Positions 26,623 to 36,960 of a DNA stretch of 64,000 nt are shown here, one piece after another; positions within the stretch are counted from its first letter, which is position 1, and every line of letters starts with the position of its first letter. The DNA lies in the IMG/VR virus record IMGVR_UViG_3300021387_000661, positions 64,001 to 128,000 of that record, one strand, 5' to 3'. The translations under genes and the position numbers were made by a program. The stretch is from a virus. Taxonomy: Duplodnaviria > Caudoviricetes. Below the pieces are notes generated by a model that was not told where the DNA came from, did no database searches, and was given only the letters and a program-made list of their open reading frames with translations.

Positions 26623-27411
26623 ATGAGAATTATAGACAATAAGAAAGATTATTATGATTATCTGGCAGGAGTCTTTGGTATAGATGGTTATATCACTTAT
26701 GACCGTAGGAACTCCAAACGTCTGGTCAATAAGACATCTGACCTTATAAATGAGCGATATCCTATGGGGTATGGAAATGTTTTCTGTACCTGGAAAAATG
26801 GTATCAGTCCAAATATTACAGGAAACCAGTGTTCTTATGGTTGGGATAATGGTTATGAGAACAGGGGATGGGCATATAGGAAATGGGGTTCTGGATATCA
26901 ACCTATGAAATCTGAACAGTTTCCTGATGCATATAATGTGTCTTCAGATTGGTTTGGACTTATCATTGGTTCTGTTGCATATATGTTCATTGTCTATAGG
27001 GTACTCCAGAATGAGACAGATGCAGAAGTGAAGATTATTCCCAAATTGATGAGGAAGTTTGCTTTTGACAGGTCACATACAAAATCAAAAGCACCAATTC
27101 TGATAGGTGAACTTACATATAATCATCTTGACATTCCATGGCAGATTTCTTGTAAAAAGGATGATGAGTTTTATGAAGCTGTTGCAAAAGTAGGTTATAT
27201 TGCACCTGATAAGTATGGTGATTACAAGGAGAATCCCATATTGGAAGGTACTTGGATTCCTTCATTGATTCCTGCTGAAGAGGTCTGGAATAACATCACA
27301 GATTATCTTCTTTCTATCAAAGAACCTGTGATTGTTGATAACAGGACAGATGTTCAGCATCTGGAATCACATGGGTTTGATAAAAAGACTTCATTCCGTA
27401 ATGTGAAGTAA
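26623..27411 (+). CDS. Early hypothetical protein
   Basis: 262-aa ORF after a host-type promoter; MRIIDNKKDYYDY...HGFDKKTSFR. Confidence 0.75.
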   Translation: MRIIDNKKDYYDYLAGVFGIDGYITYDRRNSKRLVNKTSDLINERYPMGYGNVFCTWKNGISPNITGNQCSYGWDNGYENRGWAYRKWGSGYQPMKSEQFPDAYNVSSDWFGLIIGSVAYMFIVYRVLQNETDAEVKIIPKLMRKFAFDRSHTKSKAPILIGELTYNHLDIPWQISCKKDDEFYEAVAKVGYIAPDKYGDYKENPILEGTWIPSLIPAEEVWNNITDYLLSIKEPVIVDNRTDVQHLESHGFDKKTSFRNVK

Positions 27412-27434
27412 TTATTTGTCATATTTTGTTTTTT

Positions 27435-27470
27435 CCTCCCACCTGTATAAATATAGGTGGGAGGTTTTTT
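27435..27470 (+). terminator. Strong hairpin/terminator with TATAAATA at its apex
   Basis: cctcccacct/aggtgggagg perfect stem followed by a T-run. Confidence 0.65.
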
Positions 27471-27485
27471 GTTATTTTTTAATAT

Positions 27486-28328
27486 ATGGTAGATGTTCCT
27501 TGTGTTGTGAAGTGGATTGGGTCTAAAAGAATCCAGAGTGGGGAGATTGTTCAATACTTCCCAAATTTCATAGATACATATTATGAACCTTTTTGTGGGG
27601 GATGTTCTGTCCTCTTTCAACTACTGTCATCCCCAGACCATTTTGTGAATCAGTGTGTATGTTCTGATGTCAATGGTGATTTGATTGACCTTTGGAATAC
27701 AATTAAGAGAGATCCAGATGGACTTTATGAAGAATATGTCCGGATGTGGACAGAGATGGGGTTATTGGAAGATAAGCAGGATAAAAGGAAGTATTTTGAG
27801 ATGGTCAGGGAAGAGTTTAATCAGACCAGAAGTCCTTATTGTTATTTCTTTCTGTTGAGAACATGTACCAATGGAATACCAAGATATAACAGGTTTGGAG
27901 AGTTCAATAATTCACTTCATCTTACCAGAGATGGTGTAAAACCAAAGATTATTAAGAAGATTATATACAGATGGAGTAAACTTCTTAATGAGCATAATGT
28001 CATATTCAAAAGATGTGACTATAGGTCTATTCTGGATAATATGACTGAAGATGATTTTGCTTACCTGGATCCCCCTTATGAGATAACCAGGAGTACTGGT
28101 AAATATTTTGGAAAGATTGATTATCTGGATATGTTTGACAGGTTGAGATTACTTAAAGATAAAGGTATAAGATTTGCTTTGAGTTATGATTCTGATGATG
28201 AAGAACTTATTGTTCCTGGTGATTGTTATGAAAATTATATCAATGTCACATCCAAGAACAGTGGGTATAGGAGGACACTATTGAGAATGGATAATAAAGA
28301 TGTTTATGAAAGTTTGTATGTAAATTAA
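27486..28328 (+). CDS. dam: DNA adenine methyltransferase (Dam/D12 class)
   Basis: KWIGSK, YYEPFCGGCSV, SDVN and YLDPPY motifs. Confidence 0.9.
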   Translation: MVDVPCVVKWIGSKRIQSGEIVQYFPNFIDTYYEPFCGGCSVLFQLLSSPDHFVNQCVCSDVNGDLIDLWNTIKRDPDGLYEEYVRMWTEMGLLEDKQDKRKYFEMVREEFNQTRSPYCYFFLLRTCTNGIPRYNRFGEFNNSLHLTRDGVKPKIIKKIIYRWSKLLNEHNVIFKRCDYRSILDNMTEDDFAYLDPPYEITRSTGKYFGKIDYLDMFDRLRLLKDKGIRFALSYDSDDEELIVPGDCYENYINVTSKNSGYRRTLLRMDNKDVYESLYVN

Positions 28329-28373
28329 TCTTTCATAAATAACTTATATTATATAAATCATAAGAAATAAGAT

Positions 28374-30389
28374 ATGATAAAAAGATTCAAGAATTTTGAT
28401 GCTGATGAATATCTTGAAAAGAAAAATGCCTTAAGAGAAGCAACTGAAACAGTTGATAACATTGAGGATGTTGATCAGACAATGGAAATTCCAGAGGATG
28501 ATCCAGATGATATTCCAGAGGATGAAGTTATATTTGGCACTCCTGTTTATAAAGACCCATATCTTTTGAAAATCTCCCATATTGTTGGTAAGAAATTGAA
28601 GGCAGCAGGTCTTGGAAATTTTGGTGTTGCATATAATATTGTTTATTTGAATAATGTTTCTGGTGTTAGATTTTATGAGACAGAAGGTACCAGGAGTATT
28701 GTATGTTGCCGTGACACAAATGAAAAATCTATTTCCATTTTCAATAATTTTGAGGTTGGTAAAGAGAATGTTGCAATAGTTACTTATTCAACAAAGAAAC
28801 TTGGTTTCAAGGATATGATTGATCAGTTGATTGATGACTTGAAGGGTGATACTGTAAATGAAGGAGTTATTAATGAGGCTACTGATAGATATGGTTCAGG
28901 TTGGACAGCAAAGGAGGTTATGTCTTTTGAGAAACTTGACCATGATGAAAGAGATTTTGTATATAGTTTCATTAGAAAATTCGGTAAGACAACGGCAGCA
29001 GCACAGTTCCTTGCATTGGCATCTGGTGGTGATCCAGTAGCCACAAGGGTTTGGAAGAAATATAAAGGTACAGATGATGTTAAAGGTGGTCCGGTTAAGT
29101 ATATGATGGATATGGCCAACACAGTTGTAACTGCTGCAAATGGAGTGAAACAGAGTGGTAGTTATCAGGCAGCTGTTGATGACAGGATTCTTGATAATTT
29201 GATTGCCGATTGTAAGGGTGCTGGTCCGGCTATTGTAACTAAATCAGAAGTCTCATATGACACTGGTGAAGAGGTTGATGAGTTTGAGGCAAGAAGGGCA
29301 GAAATGGAAGCAAAACATGAGACTGAGATTGAGGAGGATGCAAAACATTATGAGGAAACTATGGACTCTATTAGGTCTATCACAGAGGCAATGTGTAATT
29401 ATGTAAAGCAGAATGGTAAACTTGACAGAGATGATAAATCTATTATGTCAAGAAGGGGTGTCCTCATCACTGGTAAAGGTGGTATTGGTAAGACACATTC
29501 AATCAAGGAAGCACTTAAGGAAAAGAATATGATTATCAATAGAGACTATGTTTGGGCTGGTTCGGGTAATTCAACAGCAGATACAGTTTATAAACTTATG
29601 TATGATTTTAATGGTAAATTATTGATATTTGATGATTCACCAAACCTTTTTGATGGTGACTATCGTATATCAATGTGGAAGAATGCTCTTCAGACAGAAT
29701 TGGAAGACTGTTTGATTAGTTATCCTGGAAAGGAATCTAAATTGTCAATATATGATGTTAGAGATCTTAAGGGTGATAGACAGAGGAAATACTACACAGA
29801 GATTGGTCGTAAATCAATTGATGATAAAAATGATTTCTATAAAAGGGAAATGAAGAGATATGGTATTAAGTTCTCTGGAATTTCTGGAAAGGCTGTACCT
29901 ACTGCTTCTTCAGATCTTAGTCAAGAAGAGGTTGATGAAATCATGTTGAAACTTGATGAAAGGTGGAAGGATGAAGAGACAAAAACTAAACCAGCTATGC
30001 CTAATGAATTTATCTTTACTGGTTTGGTAATTATTATTTCCAACTATAGTAGAGACAGATTCATCCAGGAAGTTGGAACAGGTAACTGGGATGCTATTTC
30101 ATCAAGATTTACCAACTTTGATGTTTCACCAATGGCGGAGTCATTGTGGAGAGTTATGAAGAAGAGAATTCTCAGTGATTACAATGATAAGTCTATTGAT
30201 GATGAGAACTGTGCAATTCCAAGAGATATGGTGGAAGAATTTATTGAAGAAGTTGAATCATTGATTTCCAATAAAGATTACCAGTCAATCAACTGGCGTA
30301 CAATTACAATGTTCCATGATATTTTGAATGGTGCTCCTGGCCGTAAGACTTGGAAGTCAACATTAAGAGATGAATTATCAAGAAAATAA
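28374..30389 (+). CDS. AAA/P-loop ATPase with long acidic N-terminal region (late gene)
   Basis: LITGKGGIGKT, LLIFDDS, IIISN..R, AISSR; CATAAATA at 28334; internal VNE|G, INE|A. Confidence 0.75.
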   Translation: MIKRFKNFDADEYLEKKNALREATETVDNIEDVDQTMEIPEDDPDDIPEDEVIFGTPVYKDPYLLKISHIVGKKLKAAGLGNFGVAYNIVYLNNVSGVRFYETEGTRSIVCCRDTNEKSISIFNNFEVGKENVAIVTYSTKKLGFKDMIDQLIDDLKGDTVNEGVINEATDRYGSGWTAKEVMSFEKLDHDERDFVYSFIRKFGKTTAAAQFLALASGGDPVATRVWKKYKGTDDVKGGPVKYMMDMANTVVTAANGVKQSGSYQAAVDDRILDNLIADCKGAGPAIVTKSEVSYDTGEEVDEFEARRAEMEAKHETEIEEDAKHYEETMDSIRSITEAMCNYVKQNGKLDRDDKSIMSRRGVLITGKGGIGKTHSIKEALKEKNMIINRDYVWAGSGNSTADTVYKLMYDFNGKLLIFDDSPNLFDGDYRISMWKNALQTELEDCLISYPGKESKLSIYDVRDLKGDRQRKYYTEIGRKSIDDKNDFYKREMKRYGIKFSGISGKAVPTASSDLSQEEVDEIMLKLDERWKDEETKTKPAMPNEFIFTGLVIIISNYSRDRFIQEVGTGNWDAISSRFTNFDVSPMAESLWRVMKKRILSDYNDKSIDDENCAIPRDMVEEFIEEVESLISNKDYQSINWRTITMFHDILNGAPGRKTWKSTLRDELSRK

Positions 30390-30409
30390 TAAGTAAAAAA
30401 TATAATAAT

Positions 30410-33181
30410 ATGACTATAGAACAATTACTATGTCCTGCTGTTATCAGGTGGGAATCAGAGTTTAGAAAAAAACTCAATGAGAGTAATATTGAAATGTCTG
30501 AAGATGAAATTGATGCAGAATTTGATAAGTGGCTTGTAGAGAATGAGGAACTTATCAATCAGTCTGTCAAAGATAACATCAATCGTATCAATGAGACAAT
30601 TGAAAGAAATAAGCAGAAATTCGCAAAAAAACTGAATGAAAAATTTGATTTTGGTTTTGATGATGATGATTTTGCTAATGAAGATGGTGATGATACAAAA
30701 AAACCAGAAGAACCAGTTATTGAAGAACCAGAAGAGAAGATTGATCCTGATGAACCAGAAGAAGTAAGGACTATTACAGGTGCTATAAAACTTGTTGATA
30801 AGAAGGACTCAAAGTATAATATTTTTGGTGTGATTAATGACTTATATGATATGATTGAGGAGGAACATACCAATGAGATGACACATAGGTCAATTTTAAG
30901 GAAATTGGATGTATCAGACATTACAAATATGTCTGCATTGTTTGCATTTACAAATCTTCCAAATATTGATTTGAGTGCTTGGAATACAGGTAGGGTAAGA
31001 ACTATGGAAGGTATGTTCTACAAATCAACATTCAACAATGACACTATTTGTGAATGGGATGTTAGTTCTTGTAAGGACTTTAAGAATATGTTCTTGTTCT
31101 GTCCATTCAATCAGTCATTGAAGAAATGGACTCCTGCATTTGTAGAAAAGACCTTTACCAATCCTGACGGAACAAGGGAGAAAAGGTCAGTAAGACAGGA
31201 TCTTCCAGTCATTGGTGGTACAGAAGATGAAACAAGAAGTGTTGCCAAGAAATTCAGACGTGGTATGTTCCAGGCAATGAGGGATGAGGATGAAGTTGCT
31301 GAAAGTAAGAAATATACACATGTTGTTGATTATGATTCTTTCATAAATGAAGGAAAGTTTAAAGATTTTATACATAAGGGTGTTGAAAAGGTTAAGAGTT
31401 TCTTCAAGACCATTATGATGAAGTTTGGTGATTTCATAACTTTCTTTAATGAGAATGGTGATATTTATCCTGCTGTTAGTCCTTATTCATCATTGAATGC
31501 TATTGCTGCTGGAGAAATTCCTGGGGTTTCAGCATTTTGTGATGTTGAGAATGATTGCCTTAATGGTGTAAGTAATGAGGCAAGTGTTGTTGAAAGTCCT
31601 GAATACTATGGTATCATTGACAAGGACAGTATTGAGTACAGAAACTATGAGACCTTTAAGGGTATGATCAATGAACATTATGCAAAGTATGGTAACACTG
31701 GTGCTTTCCAGATGGTTAATGAGGAAGAATTCAAGAGAGTTGGTTTCTCTGCTGCTGAAGGTGGTGTTGCTGCAAGGGACATCTATAGTGATGATTTGAG
31801 GGAAATCCTTGAAGACCTTGTTGAGAATGTTCCTGCTTATAAAGGTGATAGACATGGTGGCGCTGTATTTATCTGGGGTGCTCCAGGTATTGGTAAATCA
31901 ACTATTCCAAAGGCAATTGTAAAGGCATGGAATAAAGAAAAGGGTGACGCCCTTCATAAGAAAGCACTTATGGTTGTTCAGTGTGGTGACTTGACTATAG
32001 ATGGTTTCTCACTTCCTATTCCAATTGAGAAATCTATTGAAGATTATCTTGATGAAAGACCAATTTTGAAAGATAAGGTTACATCACAAGGTATTTCAAC
32101 AGATACTCTTGAGAAGATAAAGAAGAATATGCATAAGGTGTCAGCAGAGGCTCCAAAGACTTGGCTACCTGCTTTCAAGATGAATGCAACCCAGGAAGAG
32201 ATTGATGTTCTTAATGATATTGCTAATGGTTATCTTGAGATTAAGAATAAGGATGGTAAAATTGTTAAGACTGAAACTACAGAGGGAGGTATTCTTCTCT
32301 TTGATGAATTCTTCCGTGCAAATGAGGAAGTATTCAAGATTATGATGCAGATTATCCTTAACCGTGAATACAGTGGATATATGCTTGGTAATAAGTGGGG
32401 TATTCTTTGTTGTTCTAACCGTCCAGAGGATGATGAGGAAGTAAGGGCAGGTTTTGAAAAGACTGGTGCTGTGGTAGGTACTCGTATGTTGTCAGGCGCT
32501 TATAACTTCATCCCTTCATTTGATGAGTGGAAAAAGTGGGCAGTCTCTGAAGGTGGTTTTGATGAGATTACTCTTGAGTTCCTTAAGTTTGATAAGGATT
32601 CTGGAAATGGTGAATATACCAACTGGCATACCATCAGACCAGATGAATATATTCAGAAGGGTAAAACTGCTTGGCCAACACCTCGTACTTGGTCTGCACT
32701 TATGAATGAACTCAATCTTTATAAGGAGAATCATGGATATGCAAATATTATTGATATTCCTAGCGAAAAGATTCGTAGAATGGCAGATGGTATTATTGGT
32801 GAGGATATGGCAGTCAGATATGTTTCTTTCCTTCAGAGTCATGCTTCTTCAATTGCTGTTGATGCAAAGGCTGTATTGGAAGACCCTGATTATGTAATTC
32901 CATCATCATCAAAATGTGCAGATGTTGTAAGACAGATTGAAAATTATGTTACAATTAAGTATGATGATACAGATCTTCCAGATGTAAGTCTTTTGATGAA
33001 TATGTTCAACAAACTTAATGATACATATTCTGGTTCAAAGGATAACTTTGTAAAACTTATGCACTTGAATATCATTAAACATTTCAAGGTTATGAGTAAT
33101 AAGGATAACAGACTTGCATTGAGGGAGTATCTCGAAGCAACAAATGACAGATATAATTTTGATAAAGCTGATTTTGCTTAA
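30410..33181 (+). CDS. MoxR-like AAA+ ATPase with an N-terminal BspA/DUF285-like repeat module
   Basis: WGAPGIGKS, ILLFDEFFRA, CSNR and WPTPRTW; LDVSDITNMSALF/WNTGRVRTMEGMF/WDVSSCKDFKNMF repeats. Confidence 0.8.
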   Translation: MTIEQLLCPAVIRWESEFRKKLNESNIEMSEDEIDAEFDKWLVENEELINQSVKDNINRINETIERNKQKFAKKLNEKFDFGFDDDDFANEDGDDTKKPEEPVIEEPEEKIDPDEPEEVRTITGAIKLVDKKDSKYNIFGVINDLYDMIEEEHTNEMTHRSILRKLDVSDITNMSALFAFTNLPNIDLSAWNTGRVRTMEGMFYKSTFNNDTICEWDVSSCKDFKNMFLFCPFNQSLKKWTPAFVEKTFTNPDGTREKRSVRQDLPVIGGTEDETRSVAKKFRRGMFQAMRDEDEVAESKKYTHVVDYDSFINEGKFKDFIHKGVEKVKSFFKTIMMKFGDFITFFNENGDIYPAVSPYSSLNAIAAGEIPGVSAFCDVENDCLNGVSNEASVVESPEYYGIIDKDSIEYRNYETFKGMINEHYAKYGNTGAFQMVNEEEFKRVGFSAAEGGVAARDIYSDDLREILEDLVENVPAYKGDRHGGAVFIWGAPGIGKSTIPKAIVKAWNKEKGDALHKKALMVVQCGDLTIDGFSLPIPIEKSIEDYLDERPILKDKVTSQGISTDTLEKIKKNMHKVSAEAPKTWLPAFKMNATQEEIDVLNDIANGYLEIKNKDGKIVKTETTEGGILLFDEFFRANEEVFKIMMQIILNREYSGYMLGNKWGILCCSNRPEDDEEVRAGFEKTGAVVGTRMLSGAYNFIPSFDEWKKWAVSEGGFDEITLEFLKFDKDSGNGEYTNWHTIRPDEYIQKGKTAWPTPRTWSALMNELNLYKENHGYANIIDIPSEKIRRMADGIIGEDMAVRYVSFLQSHASSIAVDAKAVLEDPDYVIPSSSKCADVVRQIENYVTIKYDDTDLPDVSLLMNMFNKLNDTYSGSKDNFVKLMHLNIIKHFKVMSNKDNRLALREYLEATNDRYNFDKADFA

Positions 33182-33203
33182 AAATTACAATCTTAATATA
33201 TAG

Positions 33204-33239
33204 AAAAGGAAGAGGAAACTCTTCCTTTTTTCATAAATA
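33204..33239 (+). terminator. Terminator fused to late promoter CATAAATA (33232-33239)
   Basis: aaaaggaagag/ctcttcctttt then cataaata. Confidence 0.65.
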
Positions 33240-33268
33240 CCATATATTATATATTAAAGTAAATTTAT

Positions 33269-35143
33269 ATGTACAATAGGTATAATGCTTTGAATGAAGC
33301 ATCAACATATGAATCATTATATAGTAATGAAGATATCATAGAGAAACTTGGAGAGATTGATATTTATGATTATGAAAAAAAGGCATATGTAAAAATGAAT
33401 GCTTCTGATATTATAAAGGTTGCAAGTGATGCACTTTATAAGATGCAGAGGGATTATAATTATTTGTATCAGTTTATTACAAAGTGTAAATTAATGTATC
33501 TTCCAACATTCCCAAGTGAAATTACCAACACAATGGCTGTTGATAATCTTAATAATCTTTGGATGAATCTGACATTTATTTATAATGATTGTAAAATGGA
33601 TTCTGAGAATGTATTTGGTATTCTTTTCCATGAGATGTTCCATATTTTCTTTGAACATCTTTTGAGATTTGACAAGAAATTCCCTAAAACAATGTTTGCT
33701 TCCGCTGGTCCTGGTGTTTATAAAAGAGCAAATACAAAGGCAAATCTTTGTATGGACTATGAAGTGAATGCTTCAATGGTTGATGATGGTATTGTTAAAG
33801 ATGATTTCTTCAAGAATATGGGAGGTCTTTATAAGAAAGAATATACAGGTATGACCTGGGAGGAAATTCTTGATAAGTATGGTGATAAAGAATATGATGA
33901 GTGGTTGTTGAAAAATGGAGAAACTCTTGATAATGTAGAGAAACAAGTTCTTGATGCAATTGAGGAAGCAGCAAAGGTATTGATGGATCCAGAATCAGAT
34001 GAGGCAGACAAGAGGTTTGCAAGAAAGAGACTCCAGGAGAAACTTGACAAGATATTTGGTAAACAGGATACTGGTGAGAAATCTCTTCAGGATATATTTG
34101 AAGATTTGGCAAAGACAAAGTTGGCAGATCATGGTGAGATTGCAAGTGACCTTGAAGATGTTGCTGATGACCTTATGAGGAATCCAGAGAATATGACTGG
34201 TCCGGAACTTGATAAGACATTGAATGACATCAATAAGTTGATTGATGAGATTGAGGAAAATTCAGATGCAGTTGGTGATGATTTCAACAAGACAGCAGAT
34301 GAGGTTCATGAAGATGCAGAAAAGGCAAGACAGGCATTGAAGGATGCTATGAAGAAAATTAATGAAGGTGGATTGTCAAAAGAAGAGAAGAAAGAACTTC
34401 TTGACAAGGCAAAGGATGCTCTTGAAGATGTTATCTCTGATGAAACAGAAAAGGATAGGTTAAAGGAGAAGAGAGCAGAGAGGGATGCAAAGAGAGAGGC
34501 GGAAAAGAAAGAGAAATTAAAGAAAATACATCCATTAAGAAAGTTATTGATAGTTCTTAAGAACCTTGCTGAATTATATGATATTCAACTTGTTTCAGAG
34601 AACACAAGGGATATATTGAATAAATGTGTTGATGATATTGATATTCTTACAGAAAAGACTTTTAGTGATATGAAGAAATCAGATTTGAAGAATATTGGTG
34701 ATCATCTTAATGAATTGTATGATCCTATTCTTGCTGATTTGGTCAAGTTGATTGAGAATGAGACCATTCTTCAGAAGACAGAGGATGATATGAAGAAGAT
34801 TCTTGATGATGTGTTTGAAACTGTATTCAATGCATTGAAGAGAATATTTGATCCAGGCCTTGATGACAGTGCAAAGGGTTCATTGATAAAGGCGGCAGCC
34901 ATGAAGTTGAGGACTATTGGTAAGTTATTGAAGACTCAAAAAAAGTGGAGGGTTGGGGATGACTTCAAGAATGGTTATGTTGATGAAATGAAAAGACTTA
35001 TGGAAATCCGTAAGGATGGTGGTGATGAAGCTCTCTTTAAGGAACTCTATGATAAGGGAGTTATTCAGCCTATGATGTTGGATGAGCATGGTATGGAATT
35101 GCTGGGTAAACTCATTGAATCTGGTGAAATTGATGATGAATAA
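33269..35143 (+). CDS. Zincin-like metallopeptidase (vWA-associated, DUF2201-N-like) with helical C-terminus
   Basis: TMAVD, ILFHEMFH (HExxH) and ANLCMDYEVN motifs. Confidence 0.75.
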   Translation: MYNRYNALNEASTYESLYSNEDIIEKLGEIDIYDYEKKAYVKMNASDIIKVASDALYKMQRDYNYLYQFITKCKLMYLPTFPSEITNTMAVDNLNNLWMNLTFIYNDCKMDSENVFGILFHEMFHIFFEHLLRFDKKFPKTMFASAGPGVYKRANTKANLCMDYEVNASMVDDGIVKDDFFKNMGGLYKKEYTGMTWEEILDKYGDKEYDEWLLKNGETLDNVEKQVLDAIEEAAKVLMDPESDEADKRFARKRLQEKLDKIFGKQDTGEKSLQDIFEDLAKTKLADHGEIASDLEDVADDLMRNPENMTGPELDKTLNDINKLIDEIEENSDAVGDDFNKTADEVHEDAEKARQALKDAMKKINEGGLSKEEKKELLDKAKDALEDVISDETEKDRLKEKRAERDAKREAEKKEKLKKIHPLRKLLIVLKNLAELYDIQLVSENTRDILNKCVDDIDILTEKTFSDMKKSDLKNIGDHLNELYDPILADLVKLIENETILQKTEDDMKKILDDVFETVFNALKRIFDPGLDDSAKGSLIKAAAMKLRTIGKLLKTQKKWRVGDDFKNGYVDEMKRLMEIRKDGGDEALFKELYDKGVIQPMMLDEHGMELLGKLIESGEIDDE

Positions 35144-35163
35144 GAAAATAACTTGGTAGGAAA

Positions 35164-36930
35164 ATGAATATATTTGAACAATTAGATAAGATTTTGAATC
35201 CTGTTAATGAATCAGAAGAAGTAGAGACTGCCAAGGAAAAGGCAGAAAGGATTGTCAAGGCAATTCCTGTTAATCCTGAAATGGAAACTGAAAAACAGGG
35301 AAGGCAAAAGGCATGGGAGAAACTTGCCAAGTATTTCTATAAACTTTCAATGGGTGGTAGTCCTGGTGATAAGCTTACTCGTAAAGATGATATTGATTTA
35401 CCTGATGATTTCCTTGATCCAAAGATGAAAGGTAAGATGAGCGGTAAGATAGAAGACAAAGAGTTTGAGGCAAATAAGGTAGTTTGGGACCAGGATGAAG
35501 AGATGGAGAAACTGGAGAAGGAGATTGATGTTGATATGCATGGTTCTGATGATGATTTTGATGACTTTGATTATAGAGATAACAGTTTTGGTGATGATAT
35601 TGATAAAGATGAGTTGGATACTGATGATTTAGATAATGATGGTGGTGGTTCTGGAGATGATTCTGACAAATCTGAAGATGAAAAATTGAGAGACACCATT
35701 GATAATGCTCTTGATAAGATGAGTGATAGTGGTGACCTTGATGGTGACCAAGAAGGACAACAAGGTGGTCAAGAAGGTGACCAACAGGAAGGTCAGCAAG
35801 GTGGTCAAGAAGGTGAAAATAGGGAAGGTTCTGGTGGAAAAAACAGTGGAAATGGTGCTCCTGAAACAAGAAAGGACAAGAGATTGAAGGAACTCAAGAA
35901 TGCAATTGACAATAATGATACAGAAGGTGTAGATAAATCCATTGATGAATTGAAGGAAGGTGGAGATGGTTCTGGTGAACTTGCCGGCGAGAGAATTGGA
36001 GAGGTATCTGATAAAGATTTGAGAGGAGATATGTCCAAGGTGGGTGTTTCAGAAAAAGATATTGAAGAAATGTCCAAAGCAACAAAGGACAACAAGATGG
36101 GTGAGATGAGTGAAGAGGAAGCAAAGAAACTTAAGAAACAGGTTGTTGATGGTCTTGAAAAGAAATGTGAAGGAAAGGGTGGTTCAGCATTGGCAAAGAC
36201 AGTTGTTAAAAATGCATTGAGGTCAAAGGTCAATGATGATGAATGGAGATCAATGCTGAAGTTATTCCTTAAGTCCAAGTCAGTCAATAATGGTGATATG
36301 TCAAAGACAAGAAATGGTATCAAGTTTGGACACAAGAATCATCTTTGGAGAGATGCAGTGTTACCAACCAAGGGCCCAAGTAAAGGTACTGTCCAGACAA
36401 TATATTGTTTTGTTGACTTCTCTGGTTCAGTTGAACAGGATTTGGTTTACACATTCCTGGGAAGGGTTATTGATCTTTGTGCAGAGTTGAATTATACAGA
36501 TATCGTTGTTTATGGATTTGGTGAGAGGATAGTATTACCAAGAAAAATCAATGGTAGAATGTTGAAGAAAGATGGTAAGGATGTTGTACTTGCACAGACT
36601 TGGGATTATATTAACAGTCAGAAACCAGGTCCTGGAACAGAAAACTTCAGGGATGTTGCCAATGAAATAATGGAAATAAGAAAGAGACAGAGAGATGCTG
36701 TATATCTTATTTTTGGTGATGCTCTTTGGCAGGATCCTTATGATGGACCAGCATGCTTGAAGGGAATATGTGGAGAGAGACTTCTTGATAGAATGTGTGT
36801 ATTGACATATTATGATCCAGATGGTTATTGGTTTGATATATTCAAGGGATGTATATCAATGTTGAAAGAACTTGTTGGATTAAAGAATGTGATTACAACA
36901 AAGACATCAAGAATAAGAATGGATAAATAA
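35164..36930 (+). CDS. vWA-domain protein with long acidic/low-complexity linker
   Basis: MIDAS-like FVDFSGSV, GPGTENF, LIFGD; QEGQQGG repeats at ~35745-35820. Confidence 0.8.
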   Translation: MNIFEQLDKILNPVNESEEVETAKEKAERIVKAIPVNPEMETEKQGRQKAWEKLAKYFYKLSMGGSPGDKLTRKDDIDLPDDFLDPKMKGKMSGKIEDKEFEANKVVWDQDEEMEKLEKEIDVDMHGSDDDFDDFDYRDNSFGDDIDKDELDTDDLDNDGGGSGDDSDKSEDEKLRDTIDNALDKMSDSGDLDGDQEGQQGGQEGDQQEGQQGGQEGENREGSGGKNSGNGAPETRKDKRLKELKNAIDNNDTEGVDKSIDELKEGGDGSGELAGERIGEVSDKDLRGDMSKVGVSEKDIEEMSKATKDNKMGEMSEEEAKKLKKQVVDGLEKKCEGKGGSALAKTVVKNALRSKVNDDEWRSMLKLFLKSKSVNNGDMSKTRNGIKFGHKNHLWRDAVLPTKGPSKGTVQTIYCFVDFSGSVEQDLVYTFLGRVIDLCAELNYTDIVVYGFGERIVLPRKINGRMLKKDGKDVVLAQTWDYINSQKPGPGTENFRDVANEIMEIRKRQRDAVYLIFGDALWQDPYDGPACLKGICGERLLDRMCVLTYYDPDGYWFDIFKGCISMLKELVGLKNVITTKTSRIRMDK

Positions 36931-36959
36931 AAGGAGGAGGTTTTAAGACCTCCTCTTTT
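36929..36959. terminator. Bidirectional intrinsic terminator
   Basis: aaaaggaggagg/cctcctctttt. Confidence 0.7.
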
Positions 36960-36960
36960 G

